DNA from: Mobula hypostoma
Taxonomy: Eukaryota
Direction: 5' to 3'
DNA length: 64,000 nt
NCBI RefSeq assembly: GCF_963921235.1
Contig: NC_086097.1
Location: forward strand, 86,368,001 to 86,432,000
Positions 1 through 12,622 of the stretch are shown one piece after another. Made by a program: the position numbers and the translations under genes. How positions within the stretch are numbered: position 1 is the first letter of the stretch; each line of letters opens with the position of its first letter. The notes under the pieces are model-generated. The model ran no database searches. It saw only the letters and a list, made by a program, of their open reading frames with translations, and was not told the DNA's origin.

Positions 1-2077
1 TGAGGGTGCAGAAACTTTATGTTCCTGTTAGGTTGAAAGGAAAGGTTAAAAGTTTGAGAGAGCCATGGTTTTCAAGGGATATTGGAATCTTGTTTGGAAA
101 AAGAGAGAGGTCTACAATAAATATAGGCAGCTTGGAGTAAATGAGGTGCTCAAGGAATATAAAGAACGTATAAAGAATCTTAAGAAAGAAATTAGAAAAG
201 CTAAAAGAAGATATGAGGTTGCTTTGGCAAGTAAGGTGAAAATAAATCCCAAGGGTTTCTGCTGTTATATTAATAGCAAAAGGGTAGTGAGGGATAAAAT
301 TGGTCCCTTGGAGAATCAGAGTAGACAGCTACATGTGGAGCCAAAAGAGATGGGGGAGATTCTGAACAATTTCTTTTCTTCAGTATTCACTAAGGAGAAG
401 AATATTGAATTGCGTAAGATAAGGGAAACAGGTAGAGATGTTATGGAAACTGTGATGATTAAAGAAGAGGAAGCACTGGAGCTTTTAAGGAATATAAAAA
501 TGGATAAGTCTCCGGGTCCTGACAGGATATTCCCTAGGACCTTGAGGGAAGTTAGTGTGGAAATAGCAGGGGCTCTGACAGAAATATTTCAAATGTCATT
601 AGAAATGGAGATGGTGCAGAAGGATTGGTGTATTGGTCATGTTGATCCTTTATTTTAAAAGGGTTCTAAGAGTAAACCTAGCAATTATCGGCCTGTGAGT
701 TTGACATCAGTGGTGGGTAAATTGATGGAAAGTATTTTTGAGAAGGTGTATATAATTATCTGGATAGACAGGGTCTGATTAGGAACAGTCAACATGGATT
801 TGTGCGTGGAAGGTCATGTTTGACAAAACTTATTGAATTTTTTGAAGAGATTTCTAGGAAAGTTGACGAGGGTAAAGTGGTGGATGTTGTCTATATGGAC
901 TTCAGTAAGGCCTTTGACAAGGTTCCACACGGAAGGTTAGTTAGGAAGGTTCAATCGTTAGCTATTAATATTGAAGTAGTAAAATGGATTCAGCAGTGGC
1001 TAGATGGGAGACGCCAGAGAGTATTGGTGGATAACTGTTTGTCAGATTGGAGGATGGTGACTAGTGGCGTGCCTCAGGGACCAGTACTGGGTCCAATGTT
1101 GTTTGTCATATACATTAATGATCTGGATGATGGGGTGGTAAATTGGATGAGTAAGTATGCAGATGATATTAAGATAGGTGGCGTTGTGTATAATTAAGTA
1201 GGTTTTCAAAGCTTGCAGAGAGATTTAGGCCAGTTAGAAGAGTGGGCTGAAAGATGGCAGGTGGAGTTTAATGCTGATAAATGTGAGGTGCTACATTTTG
1301 GTAGGACTAATCAAAATAGGACATACACGGTAAATAGTAGGCCATTGAAGAATGCAGTAGAACAGAGGTTCTAGGAATAATGGTGCATAGTTCCCTGAAG
1401 GTGGAATCTCATGTGGATAGGGTGGTGAAGAAAACCTTTGGTATGCTGGCCTTTATAAATCAGAGCATTGAGTGTAGGAGTTGGGATGTAATGTTAAAAT
1501 TGTACAAGGCATTGGTGAGGCCAAAATTAGAGTATTGTGTACAGTTTTGGTCACCAAATTATAGGAAAGATGTCAACAAAATAGAGAGAGTACAGAGAAG
1601 ATTTACTAAATGTAACCTGGGTTTCATCACCTAAGTTACAGAGAAAGGTTGAACAAGTTGGGTCTTTATTCTTTGGAATGTAGAAGGCTAAGGGGGGATT
1701 TGATAGAGGTATTTAAAATTATGAGGGGGATAGATAGAGTTGACACAGATAGGCTTTTTCCATTGAGAGTGGGGGAGATTCAAACAAGAGGACATGAGTT
1801 GAGAGTTAAAGGGTAAAATTTTAGGGGTAACATGAGGGGGAACTTCTTTACTCAGAGAGTGGTAGCTGCGTGGAACGAGCTTCCAGCAGCAGTGGTTGAG
1901 GCAGGTTTGATGTTGTCATTTAAAGTTAAATTGGACAGCTATATGGACAGGAAAGGAATTGAGGGTTATGGACTGGGTGCAGGTCGGTGGGACTAGGTGA
2001 GAGTAAGAGCTTGACATGGACCAGAAAGGCCGAGATGGCCCATTTCCATGCTGTAATTGTTACAAGGTTATATGGTT
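1..2077 (+). mobile_element. CR1 LINE, ORF2 (RT) and 3' end; runs off the window 5'
   Basis: ORFs 65-658, 802-1197 and 1380-1634 carry CR1 RT motifs (KSPGPD, DFSKAFDKVPH, SGVPQGPVLGP, YADD, LVRPKLEYCVQFWSP) broken by stops and frameshifts; 3' UTR ends in ...gttatatggtta. Confidence 0.95.
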
Positions 2078-2089
2078 AACTGCACTATG

Positions 2090-2395
2090 CAGCTATACCT
2101 ATTGCAGCCCAGATCAATGGATAAGAGATGGAGAGTTTCCTCATCAAGCCTGGAAACAGGCAGGGTTGTCTACTCTCACCTATCCTATTTGTGTGCTCCA
2201 CAGACGTCTTTGCCAAATTTATCAGGAAGGATGAGAGTGTAAGAGGGGTGACATTGCCAGACAGTGGAGATGCACAAGTCAATACCGCCCTGTACATGTA
2301 CAATCTCACCCTCTTCTGCTCAGATCCATTGTCAGTTCACAGATTGATCACCATCTGCAACCAGTTTGAATTTGAATAGGGGGCCAGAGTCATAT
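2090..2395 (+). mobile_element. Tx1-like (L1 clade) RT fragment
   Basis: ORF 2128-2379 reads RQGCLLSPILFV...IRKDESVRGVTLPDSG..QVNTALYM, resembling Tx1 RT (RQGCPLSP, IRG, LYMDD). Confidence 0.75.
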
Positions 2396-2881
2396 GCAGG
2401 ATTGAGTGAGGCCAATCCAAAGTCCCTTTACCATCAGAGACCATACAATACAGGAAGGGAAAGTGCAGGGGACCTGATTCGGAAGAGCGGAGGCACGTAA
2501 CAAGGATTAGCTGGAGCAGGGTGAGAAGATCAATAATTTTGTTTTTGTTTCTGGAACTGATGTTCTCTATCGGCACCTGCTGCTTGAGAAAATAACAGGT
2601 CTGAGCTGAGAGCCTTATAAGAATTGACCAGGTATTGGAATTTTACACACCAAAACCAATATAGACAATCTGATCTGATAGAAACTGAGAAATCGCACAG
2701 TAGCATCAGAGTTCGGCATGCTTCTGTCTTTAACCCAAACTCATCCAGGAAACACTGTTCCAAACCCACTGTCGGAGTTGGATGGGCAAGAGGAACATTC
2801 TCATAGAATTATGTAAACACAGTACATAGGAGGAAGAAATTTTGCTCTCTGTACTGGCTCAGTCACTTCTACTACCTGTGA

Positions 2882-3872
2882 TGTCACGGTCTGGTCCATC
2901 GTTCCTTATTCCAGGTTTTCCAGTTTTCTCTTGTTCTGTTGGGTGCTGTAATTGAGGCACCTGATTCTCATTTTGGGCTGGCTACATAAATAGCTCCTGG
3001 GTTCTGCCTCATTTTCTGGACTGTTCCCTTCCCTTCACCTTCCTCTTGAAGCCTTGACTGCAACCTCGCCTGTATCACTGTCAAGTTCTACTGCCGGAAC
3101 AAGACCAGAGCCTTGCTGTGTCTAGATAAGGAACTGTCTTTTGTTTTTTGGAACTGTCTCTGTATCCACGCCTTTGCTAGGTAGGTCTGGCCGTTTGCTG
3201 CTACCTTGAGTTGGGAACTGTCTCTGCGTCCACGCCTTCGCTAGTTAGATCCGGCCGTTTGCCGCTACCTTTTGTTGGAAATTGTCTCTTTGTGCCCTTG
3301 CCTCCCCTGGGGAGGTCCAGCCGTTTGCCGCTACCTTGAGTGGAGAACTATTTCTCAGTATTCTGCGTACGAGTCCTGGCCGTATGTCCTGCTTCCTAGG
3401 AGGGGTCCTGACTCTGTGTAGAGCCCCGGCCCCAAGTCCTGTTCCCAAGGAGGGGTCCTGGCTCTATGTTCCATGTCTCTGTGTTCCTGTTCTGCCAAGA
3501 CCAAGGCTGGGCTTTGGGTTCTCACCTTGTCCATGTGCCTCGTCCTGTGCAGGCCTGTAGCCATGTCCAGGCCTGTAGTCACATCTTGTCCTCACCTAGA
3601 TCCAGGGTTCAAGCCAGAGTCAAGACCCAGGTTCTGGGTCCCTGTCCAGTCCTAGCCCAGGCTCCTAGTTCCTAGTTCCTTATCCTGGTTCCACTTTCCT
3701 AGTCAAGTCCTAGCCCAGGCCCTGTATCCTAGTCTCGTCCAGGGCCTGTGACAATGTCCAGCATCATTTCTTCCCTGCTTCCCTTGCTTTCTTGACAAAC
3801 CTAGTCCTGTTCCTTGTACTTCAGTGTCCGTGTCCTGCTTTTGGGTCCGCTCCCAGCGCCCCCCGTATGACA
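2882..3872. mobile_element. Solo LTR (~990 bp)
   Basis: Termini TGTCA...TGACA; 5-bp flanks TGTGA (2877-2881) and TGTGG (3873-3877); internal repeats. Confidence 0.7.
3150..3390. repeat. ~64-bp tandem repeat, 3-4 copies, inside the solo LTR
   Basis: ggaactgtctct...ggccgtttgcYgctacctt recurs at ~3150, 3214, 3277 and 3343. Confidence 0.85.
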
Positions 3873-4451
3873 TGTGGAGGTCTTTTACATTCTCTTTTAC
3901 AAAAAAGAATGGAATAAATATTTGAAATATAGTTTTAGACTATGTCTCAGTTGTCACCATATTACTGTGGTTGTGGGTAACCCTGAACTTTAATCCTAAT
4001 ATGGTTCCACTTGAAACCCAATCCACAAAACACTGGACCCTTTATCTCCCATCTTATCATGTAACTTCCTGATCTCCAGTCCCTACCTCTTTCCCCAGAT
4101 TTTCATTTCCCAACTGATCTCCTGTCAGTCCCTATTCACCAATTCTCCATATCCTGCCCAAGCTCCTCTTCCTCATTCTCCATGCCTCTCCTAATGTTTG
4201 CATTTCCTTCTCATGCCCCATCCTGCATGACTGTTTTAATGTGAGGCACCAAACCTCATCTCTCCTGAGCCTCACCACCATCTCCACAACACCTGTCTTT
4301 TTCCTTTGAGGCTCACCACCACCTCCACTAGATCTGTGTCTTTCCCTCATTCAAGTCCTCTTGTAGCCTCAGGAATTATATTGGAATTGGAAAAGTGGTA
4401 TTCTTTGTGGTGCATAAAAATACTAGAACCAACCTTAGGTTTTATTTCCAC

Positions 4452-4570
4452 AGCAACACAAAAATTCCTGGAGGAACTCAGCAGGTCAGGCAACATCTAT
4501 TAAGGGGAATAGGTAGTTAACGTTTCAGGCTGAGATCCTTCATCAGGACTGAAAAGAAGGAGGAAGAAGC
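4452..4570 (-). mobile_element. Penelope-like element terminal fragment with near-intact minimal hammerhead motif
   Basis: Minus strand reads AGTC CTGATGA AGG-ATCTCAG-CCT GAAAC GTT AACT, then gatgttgcctgacctgctgagttcctccag, similar to the element at 43710. Confidence 0.75.
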
Positions 4571-5223
4571 TACATTCTCTTACATCCACATCTCTTTTCC
4601 TCAAGTGTTTATCTGACCTATTATTAAATATTGATACAGGAGCTGAAATTTGGCTTCAGCAGAAGTGCATCATAGTAGTATTGGATCCTAAAGACAAAGT
4701 CTTGTGTAGTCTTGACATGTGGTCAGCTTGTTTTCCACTCTGCCAAAAGTAAGTTTGACCCAAATGGCCTCTCTTTCGAGAGCTAATTCTAGGGGCTTAT
4801 TTCACACCCTTCTTTGCAAATGAAAACTAACATTTTTTCCAGAGTTTTGACCTTAATCTTCCACATTTAATCATATCTCGACTTTAACTTGATTTTGGCT
4901 GTTCAATCATGGGAAAGAATATTTTTCGAGTGCTGCAATCCTCACATTTTTGAATTGTAATCAAATAACCATTTGTATCTTGCGTTCTAATAAAAACAAG
5001 CAGAGATGTTGAAGTAATTTATTTGTCTGTCTTCACTCCAGTCAAAACCATGTCAATCGGCAATGCACTATATCCAGTGCCTAAGCATCTTTCTTACATA
5101 GAGGCTTATATCCCATACATCAACATTCATCTTCCATGGAGCCCTATACTGCACCTGATACTTTAACTGAGAACATATTATCAATATTTTGAACATATCT
5201 ATTTAACATTATTATATTGATAT

Positions 5224-7986
5224 TGTGGCGAGCATTTGGTCCATAATGACAGACGAGGAAGCTCATTAAGCTCAACATCTGTTTTATTGTGAGACCTGGC
5301 TCCATGACCCCAAGAGTGAATACAACCAGTCTCATACAGATAAGTGAGGTGACCATCACACAACCCGGTTACAGCCAGGGTGACCCACAAAGACACAAGT
5401 GAATAACTGTATAACCCAAGCTAAAATATAACAATAAACGAACTTGAACTTCTCACCATAATCTCGAAAGCATTTTAACACAAGAACAATAAATAGTGTT
5501 GATCATTAGAAATGCAGGGGTGGGCCCCCCTCACCCTGGAGCATCAGACTACCCCCACCCAAGGGGTCAGCTATCCTCAGAAACTCCAGAGTTCATAACA
5601 AAGTCCAAAAGTCCCAGTGGGGATCAAAACTGCCATGTGGGAGGCACTATTTGGTGAGGCAAGAGGCAGGGCACCTGGAGTGACACTTCCTCCCTTCAGC
5701 CTCGCTGGGTCGGTGGTGGCCAAGATCTGGCACGGTGCCAGCCGGTCCCAATGTAAGTACAACTGCCTTCTGCCACCCAATATACCACATCGGAGATGCA
5801 GTTGAGCACCTCTCCTGGCCCCTTCCAGTGTTTTTCCAGCTGGGGGATAGTTCCTTCTTCCGGGAGGGGCAGTGGACCCATACTAGGGACCCCTCCATGT
5901 ACTGCTGCATTGGCGCCCTAGACCGGTGGCCCGACCCCTTCTGGAATTGCAGGAGTTGCAGAAGAGCACGAACAGCTCCACAGGTCCATGGAGCCCCTGG
6001 GGGACCACCAGCTGCAGGAGATGTGTGTCACCATCAGACTACTGCCACTGCTGGTCCCGCAAACGGTCGTGCACCTCCTGCGTTCCCCGTTGTGAGTATA
6101 GGGCTTTGGTCTCTGGATCCAGGGCGGAGACCTCTGCCCACTCTGGCCCGTGCTCTGCCATCCCCTCAGACACAATGTCACTCATCTGCTCACGGTGCAG
6201 CTGCTCGTGGGCCATGGTGAGCAGGTCGTCGCTGGCTGCCACCTGAAGGGCCGTCACAGGCCCCTGTTCCTGGTTCAGCTGCGTTGCGTCAGGCTGCTGT
6301 GGTGAGACCAGTGGTGGTTGCTGCTGCACCCACTTCGTCTGCTTCCTGGAGTTGCCCTGCTGAAGAGCCATGGCTTCAGTGTCAAGGTAGAGTATTGTCC
6401 CCAACACATCCACATGGGCCACCCCCCCAAGCGGGACAGGAGGTCCAGGCCAATGATGCAGGACTGTCGGATGTCACCCAGCCACACCTCGTTGTCCACC
6501 CAGGCTGGGATGGCAGGTCCGTGTTGGGGACGAGTCAGGGACCGATGATGGTGATGATTGACCCTGTGTCCACCAGCGCATGGCATCAGATGCCTTCCAC
6601 CACGCAGTCCATGGATAAGCCCTGCTTTTCATCCAAACGACCCACCCAGAGGGGCGATAACGGAGGGATTCTGCTGGAGGTCTTGGGCAGTGCCACCCAC
6701 TTGGTGTTTCCCGATGGTTGCTCTAAGCTGGGGCATGGTGTTGGTATGGACCAAATGACCTGCCTCACCGCACTGCCAGCAGAGAGTGTTTTATGGCCTG
6801 CAGTGGTTGGATCTGTCTCATGGGCTCCTCCTCGTCAGTTTCCTCCTCCACCTCGGTGACACAAGCCTGGGCTTGCCGCATGAGGGGCGACGCTGGAACA
6901 CCTTGAGGGGCTAAAATTGCTCCTGCCCTCTCCACCTCGGCCAGCACCTCAGCCAGTGATGATGGTAATGTCTGGCGAACATGCTGCCAAAGTCGCTCAG
7001 GCATCAGTGCTTTTCTAAAGATGTGGAGGGCAAGCTCTTCCTGGGCCGCAGGAGGGAACTCGGGGTAGACATGCCCAGCACAGTGGCATAAATCTGCTGT
7101 GTGCCCCCAAGCTTTCTCCCATACGGCAGCTAACAGGGCCCTGTAACCACACTGTTCAGCCGACATTAGGTCAAGGAGAGCCCGCGGGGCACCTCCCTCC
7201 AGTGACAAGGCAAAGTGCACCATTGAATCGGTGGGGCTCCATCCGTTATGCCATGTGGCAAGTTTGACTTGCGCCGGGTAATGCTCCAGGTGGCTGATAT
7301 TGTTGTATCTGAGGAGCTTGTGGCACAAATCGTCCAGGCCCTTTGGACTTCCTGTTGCTCCGGCGTGTTCCCCATCCTCCCATGGCTACAGCGTCTTGGG
7401 TTCCCTGGTACAGACCGCAAAAATGGCGGGTCATGCGCTTCTCCGTGTCTCGCAGGTTGGGAAGCCTGATTATGGTCGCTTCATCAAGGTTCCCTGGGAA
7501 GGCCCAATGCTCGGTTCCTAGGTCTTCCCTCCAAGCCTCGTCTTCATGGGCCCGGCCTGGGGGTGTGGGGCAGTCCCTCAACTTATTCCCTGGGTTTTAA
7601 GGCATGCTATCTGATGTTATAACCCTTCAATCTCATTGTCAGTTTCACATCCCACTCCTGACACCAATGTGCTGAGCATTGTTGAACTCAATAACCATTT
7701 TATTGTGATAAACACAAAACAGACCAGGCACCATGACCTAGAGAGTGAACCCAACCAGTCTCATGCAGACAGGGGAGGTGACCATCACACACCCCAGTTA
7801 CAGTTAGGGTGACCCACAAATACACAAGCGAATAACTGTATAACCCAAGCTAAAATATAACAATAATGAACTTTAAGTTCCTACCATAATCTCTCAAAAG
7901 CATTTTAACAGAAGAACAATAAACAGCGTTGATCATTGGAAATGCAGGGGTGGGATGTCAACCACGCCACCCTCCGGAGTGTCACA
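5224..7986 (-). mobile_element. Internally deleted Gypsy LTR retrotransposon (gag, protease, integrase C-terminus; no recognisable RT)
   Basis: Direct LTRs 5224-5548 and 7668-7986; ATAT TSD (5220-5223 and 7987-7990); PBS 7649-7666; PPT 5549-5562; gag-like ORF 6765-7328; ALVDTGS protease motif ~6580-6560; LEKHWKGPGEV (GPY/F-like) ~5840. Confidence 0.9.
7649..7666 (-). promoter_or_regulatory. Primer binding site complementary to the tRNA-Leu(CAG) 3' end
   Basis: Minus strand TGGTGTCAGGAGTGGGAT, 1 nt inside the 5' LTR; matches the vertebrate tRNA-Leu(CAG) end ATCCCACTCCTGACA-CCA. Confidence 0.9.
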
Positions 7987-8249
7987 ATATTGTCATTGTT
8001 ATACACCTTTTAAGGTGTTCCTTAACTACCATTAACATATGTTACATTGGTTGCCAAGGGAACAGCATTTTCTACTGTACAAGGCACTGTTACAGAGAGC
8101 TCTTTTTGGATGCAAGAGCTGTTTCACAACCTTTCAAAAATCATATCAAAATTAAAAATGTAGAAAGCTATTTTCTGATCTTAATTCACCCGCTAGAAGG
8201 ATCCAAATCCCCCCCCCACTGTGTCGTTGTATACAATTGTTCTTAAATT

Positions 8250-8499
8250 GCTCTAAGGTTTATATCTTTATTGCTAATGAAGGGTTGTTCCGCATATTAA
8301 CCACTCATTCTGCTCCAATTGGGTGGTTCCCTTGTCAATCAGGTTTGGTGAGAGCAATGTTATCATTAATGAGTTGATCCTACATGCACGTTTTACATAT
8401 CAACTATTTTCCATTTTTGAGAACTTGCATCCAGAAAAACTACTCATATCCGAAAGAGGATCAGGTTGGTCTGCTGGTGAAAATCCGTGCTTTGCGTTA
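8250..8499 (-). other. Candidate terminal exon of an unidentified transcript
   Basis: Acceptor gctaattatatttcctccgttag| at 8500; frame NAKHGFSPADQPDPLSDMSSFSGCKFSKMENS* (stop 8402-8400); AATAAA at 8272-8267. Confidence 0.4.
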
Positions 8500-8744
8500 C
8501 TAACGGAGGAAATATAATTAGCAAAACAGATGGCTGGAAATTTAATTAGCCACTTTAAAGTTGCTGCTAGTGTGTGGGTGAGTGTAGAATCTGGAGGAGT
8601 TAATGGATATCTCTACCATCTGGTGAAGGACCTTCCACACTGTTTTCAGGTAGGGAATTTCAGGAATTAGACCTAACAACAATATAATTCCCAGTCAGGA
8701 TAACGTGTTACATGGAAGAGAACCTGTAGGTGGTGAGTTTCCAG

Positions 8745-8995
8745 CAAATTTCTACAGATGTACAGTGAAAAGCATCCTGACAGGTTGCATTACTCTCTGG
8801 TATGAAACTGCAAAGCATGGGATCGTAAGAAGCTTCAGAAGGTTGTAGACTTAGCCATCTCCATCAGGGGTATAAACTTCTACATCATTGAGGAACCTTC
8901 AAAAGCCAGTGCCTCATCCACCATTAATGACCATCGCCATCCAGGACATGCCCTCTTCTCATTACTAACATCAAGGAGGAGGCATTGGAGCCTAT
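8745..8995 (+). mobile_element. Rex1/Babar LINE 3' coding fragment
   Basis: Translates as FYRCTVKSILTGCITLWY...HPGHALFSLLTSRRR. Confidence 0.75.
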
Positions 8996-9421
8996 CATAA
9001 GCATTCTAGAGTTCTAGAGTTATCATTGACCAGAAGCTCAACTGAGTCAGCCACACTATGGCAACAGGATCAGCTCAGGAACTGTGGGAAACCTGTGGCA
9101 TATCTTCCAACCGCATTATAATCTTGGATAATACTATTGATCTGCACTGCACCTTCTCTGAAGCTTTTACACTCTATTCTGTGTTAATATTGCAATACCT
9201 TGTTCTACCTGAAAACTCTGATTTCCAGTATCTTCAGAATATCTTGCGTTCATGGTCTCACATGGAGATTAGTATGGGCTGCCTGTTTTCTGGAACCAAT
9301 AGAGAGATAAAGTAGACAAGGGTAATTATTTTTGAGTTGGAGCTGATCTAAGTCAACAAGCTTGGGAGTGAGCACTGATGGTGATTTGTAGTGAGTTAGG
9401 AGAAATTCTGATTATCTGACC

Positions 9422-9713
9422 TTTATTTAGTTATTTAGAGATAGAGTGCAGAATAGGCTCTTCCGGCCGTTCGAGCCACACTGCCGCAGCAACCCCCGAC
9501 AACCAACCCCCCCCCCACCCCAGTTTAACCCCAACCGAATTATGGGACAATTTTTAATTAATCTACTAACCAATACAATTTTGGACTGTGGGAGGAAGCC
9601 AGAACACCTGGAGAAAACCCACACCTTCCAGGTGGAAGATGCCGGAACTGAACTCTGAACTCTGATGCCCTGAGCTGTAATAGTGTTGCGCTAACTGCTG
9701 TTACCATGGTGCC
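9422..9713 (-). mobile_element. V-SINE (HE1-like) tRNA-derived SINE
   Basis: V-domain tgggttttctccaggtgttctggcttcctcccacagtccaaa on the minus strand; tRNA-like head; AT-rich tail; paralogs at 13012, 54905 and 59025. Confidence 0.85.
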
Positions 9714-10388
9714 AGTAGGGCCAGTAGGCTGATTTTGGTAACAGGTGAGCTAAGGCAGGTCATTGTTGTGAAGGTGATAGCTAGCCTGTGTGATGCCATG
9801 GAGGTGCTCCTCAGTTAATCTCAGGCTATAGACTAACAAACATATTCACACATGCTCACCTGTAAAGACAGAGACACACACAACATTGTGTACTGTCAGT
9901 GACTTTCCAAATATCAGGTGAGCATATCTTCCCAAGCTGAAGTTCCCCTGACTGTCTGTGCTGACTCCATTCCATCAATCACCCCCTACTCATTCCTGCT
10001 CATGGCTTGTACTGAGGCATGTAGGTGAGTCAAAGTCCTGAAGGACATCAGCGCCCGTAAAGCCAAAGCAAGAGCTGATGGCTTCAGGAAAGAAGAAGAA
10101 AGAAAGTCAGAAAAAGTCACTCTTCTCTCCCTATGAAGTCATCTATTCAATAAATTGCTAGCTGAACTTCCAACTCATTTGATTAGTAATGAGTCATTAG
10201 ATTGACTATTTTTATTCCCATTTCAATTTAGATACAGTAATAATGGAGTTGAAGAATCAAATTAGATTTTCATGTCATTAGGTTCAGTTTTTGGTAATTT
10301 CTTCTACTTTTTTAATTTCAAAAGCCTCTTCTTCAGAACTAATACCGTGTGCTGAAATAAAAGTAGCATTTCCAAACTATAGGATAGA

Positions 10389-11254
10389 CTCAAAGTCAGA
10401 GTTCAATGTACATTTGTTATCAAAGTATGTATACTATATTTGCCCTTGAAAGTTGTTTCCTTACAGGAGCCACAAAACTAAGGAATCCAATGAAACTCAT
10501 TTAAAAAAAGGCCATCAAACACCCAATGTGCAAAAAAAAAACAACTCATGCAAACAATAAAAACAAGCAAATGACATTCTGAACTGAAGTTCTTGAAAGT
10601 GAGACACAGGCACAAAGCCAGTCCACAGCTGATCCAGAAGCCTGATAGCTGCAAGCCACAGCCTGAAGTTCAGTGCAGAGATGCGTAATCCTCGTGGACC
10701 AGCAAGCTGAATACTGTCCCAACCCTCTCCTCCAGACCCAACACTCTGGTCTTGTCAATGTGGCCCAGCACTTAAATTGGACAAACAGCAGGTTGTTCCT
10801 TGCTTTCGGACCTGGGCACTGCCACTTCAGTAAGCTCTCAGGCCCGGGAGCCACTGCTTCAATTCAGCCCATACTCAATCTGGTGCTTGATCAAACCTCG
10901 GTTTGTTCCTCACACTCGGGTCCAGTCCCCTCTGCCTTGACTCTGCCTCCCCTCAGTTCTGCTCCAAATCCACTCTAGCAGCCAAATATTGGCTCATTCC
11001 CACTCTCGGCTCGGGCCCTACTGCCCCAATTCAGCCCATACACACCACACCACAACTAGCCTGCAGCTTCGAGACTTCAGTCCACACTGCAAAAATGCCG
11101 GCTTGTACAAGCAGTTCGAAAGATCATCTCTGAAAGGAAAGTTACAGGCTATTGATTGTAGTGATCGTTTTTGAGAAAAAGTGTGATTAATAAGGTAGTT
11201 AATAGTTGTGTTTGCTGTCAGAAAGTCATCACTGTGCTTCACCAGCACCATCTT
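10389..11254 (-). mobile_element. Putative non-autonomous LINE derivative with a Rex1-like 3' end
   Basis: Minus strand starts aagatggtgctgg and ends ...tgataacaaatgtacattgaactctgactttgag, like the Rex1 3' end at ~23890; no RT motifs seen. Confidence 0.5.
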
Positions 11255-11382
11255 AATCTGGGTCCCAGGTGTTTATTTTATTTTAGCAGTGGTACCCTGT
11301 AGCAAGTCCAGGGACAACACACCAGAGGAATCAAAAATTGTAGACCTGACTGGTTTGTTTTCTTTCCCTGGCCCAGGCTTAC

Positions 11383-11456
11383 CATATCATCTGGACAGAT
11401 GATCCAGTTGATCTCTGTTACGCCAGGGCAAACCATGAACCAATTGCGCTTCATGG
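11383..11456 (-). other. Candidate internal exon (74 bp)
   Basis: Acceptor gtttttgtcgttatggtgtcttttag| and donor ATG|gtaagc; frames give HEAQLVHGLPWRNRDQLDHLSR* or MKRNWFMVCPGVTEINWIICPDDM. Confidence 0.45.
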
Positions 11457-11904
11457 CTAAAAGACACCATAACGACAAAAACATGCAGTTATAAAACACC
11501 TTAATGTACTAAGAGGCAGGAATTCTTGTCAAGCAACATTTGACACAGATTCACGAAAGTAAATTAAAGGTAAAGAGTTTCTGGAAATCTGAAATACAAA
11601 TAGGGAATGGTAGAAATGTTCAGAGAGACAAACAGTATCTGCAGGGAAAGAAGCAGGTTTCATATTGCAGGCTGTTGAACTTTCATCAAACGTAGGTAAT
11701 ATTAAAAACCAAACTTTTTTAAAGTTGTAGATGGGGAGGAAAGGTGGATAGAGCAAGGGAGTGTCTGTAATAGGACCAAGACAAAGAGACAATAACACGG
11801 AAAGCGGTTGTGTTGTCTGAGAAAGAGAGCATGGAGGTGGCCGTTCTTCCTCTTTCACCTCCTTGCCCTATCTTTAGAACTGTTAGTGAAAAGCTCCATA
11901 TAAA

Positions 11905-12550
11905 TCTCCTCCATCGGGAGGAGAAGATGGCAGCGCGACGCAGCGCGCGCACCCTGTCCAGTGAAATGATATCGTATTTGTTAAATAGGGTACTGTGCAC
12001 AATTCTGATTTGATGAAGACAGTCGTGAGAAGCACGGAGTAACATTTGGAGAAACTTCTGAAATGCTCGGTTCGCTGCCACTGCTACTTTGCGATCGAGA
12101 ATCTCCGGAGGGAAGGCCCCAAAATCCTCGGCTTTGCCTGCTGTTGGTGGCTGAGGTTGGGGTCGAAGCGCTCGGCAGAGATGGTGCTCGGTGCTCAGTG
12201 TCGGAGGGCTGGTCGGAGGCTCGAAGTTTTCGGATGACTCAGAATCGGACTGTGGTCGGGCATGGCAGGGAGAGTTTTCTTTCTTCTCCCGTCTGTGTGA
12301 GATGTGGGACTTTCGAGAGACTTTGAACTTTTTTTTACCATGCTCATGGCCTGTTCTTCATCAAGTTACGGTATTGCTTGCACTGTTGTAACTATATGTT
12401 TTAATTATGTGGTTTTTGTCAGTTTTTCAGTCTTGGTCTGTCCTGTGTTTCTGTGATATCACACTGGAGGAATATTGTATCATTTCTTAATACATGCATT
12501 ACTAAATGACAATAAAAGAGGACAGTGTGTCCTCATAATCTAATCTAATC
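11905..12550 (+). mobile_element. ~650-bp non-autonomous retroposon, copy 1
   Basis: Homologous to 30558-31242 (minus); 5' gaagatggcagcgcgacg; 3' AATAAA, GAGGAC..GTCCTC hairpin and (TAATC)n tail; TAAAT on both flanks. Confidence 0.8.
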
Positions 12551-12622
12551 TAAATGCAGAGCTTCCTCCACTATCATATCTGCATATATGGGATGTTGAT
12601 ACCAGTTTTATTTTTCACTCAC

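Noticed and set aside
3150..3390. CRISPR-like array
   Set aside because: Whole units are degenerate tandem copies without unique spacers; eukaryotic LTR context; no cas genes
4640..4748. Plus-strand exon (ag|...|gtaagt, one open frame)
   Set aside because: Weak pyrimidine tract, no partner exons and no recognisable peptide
5577..7600. Numerous overlapping plus-strand ORFs
   Set aside because: Antisense shadows of the GC-rich Gypsy internal region
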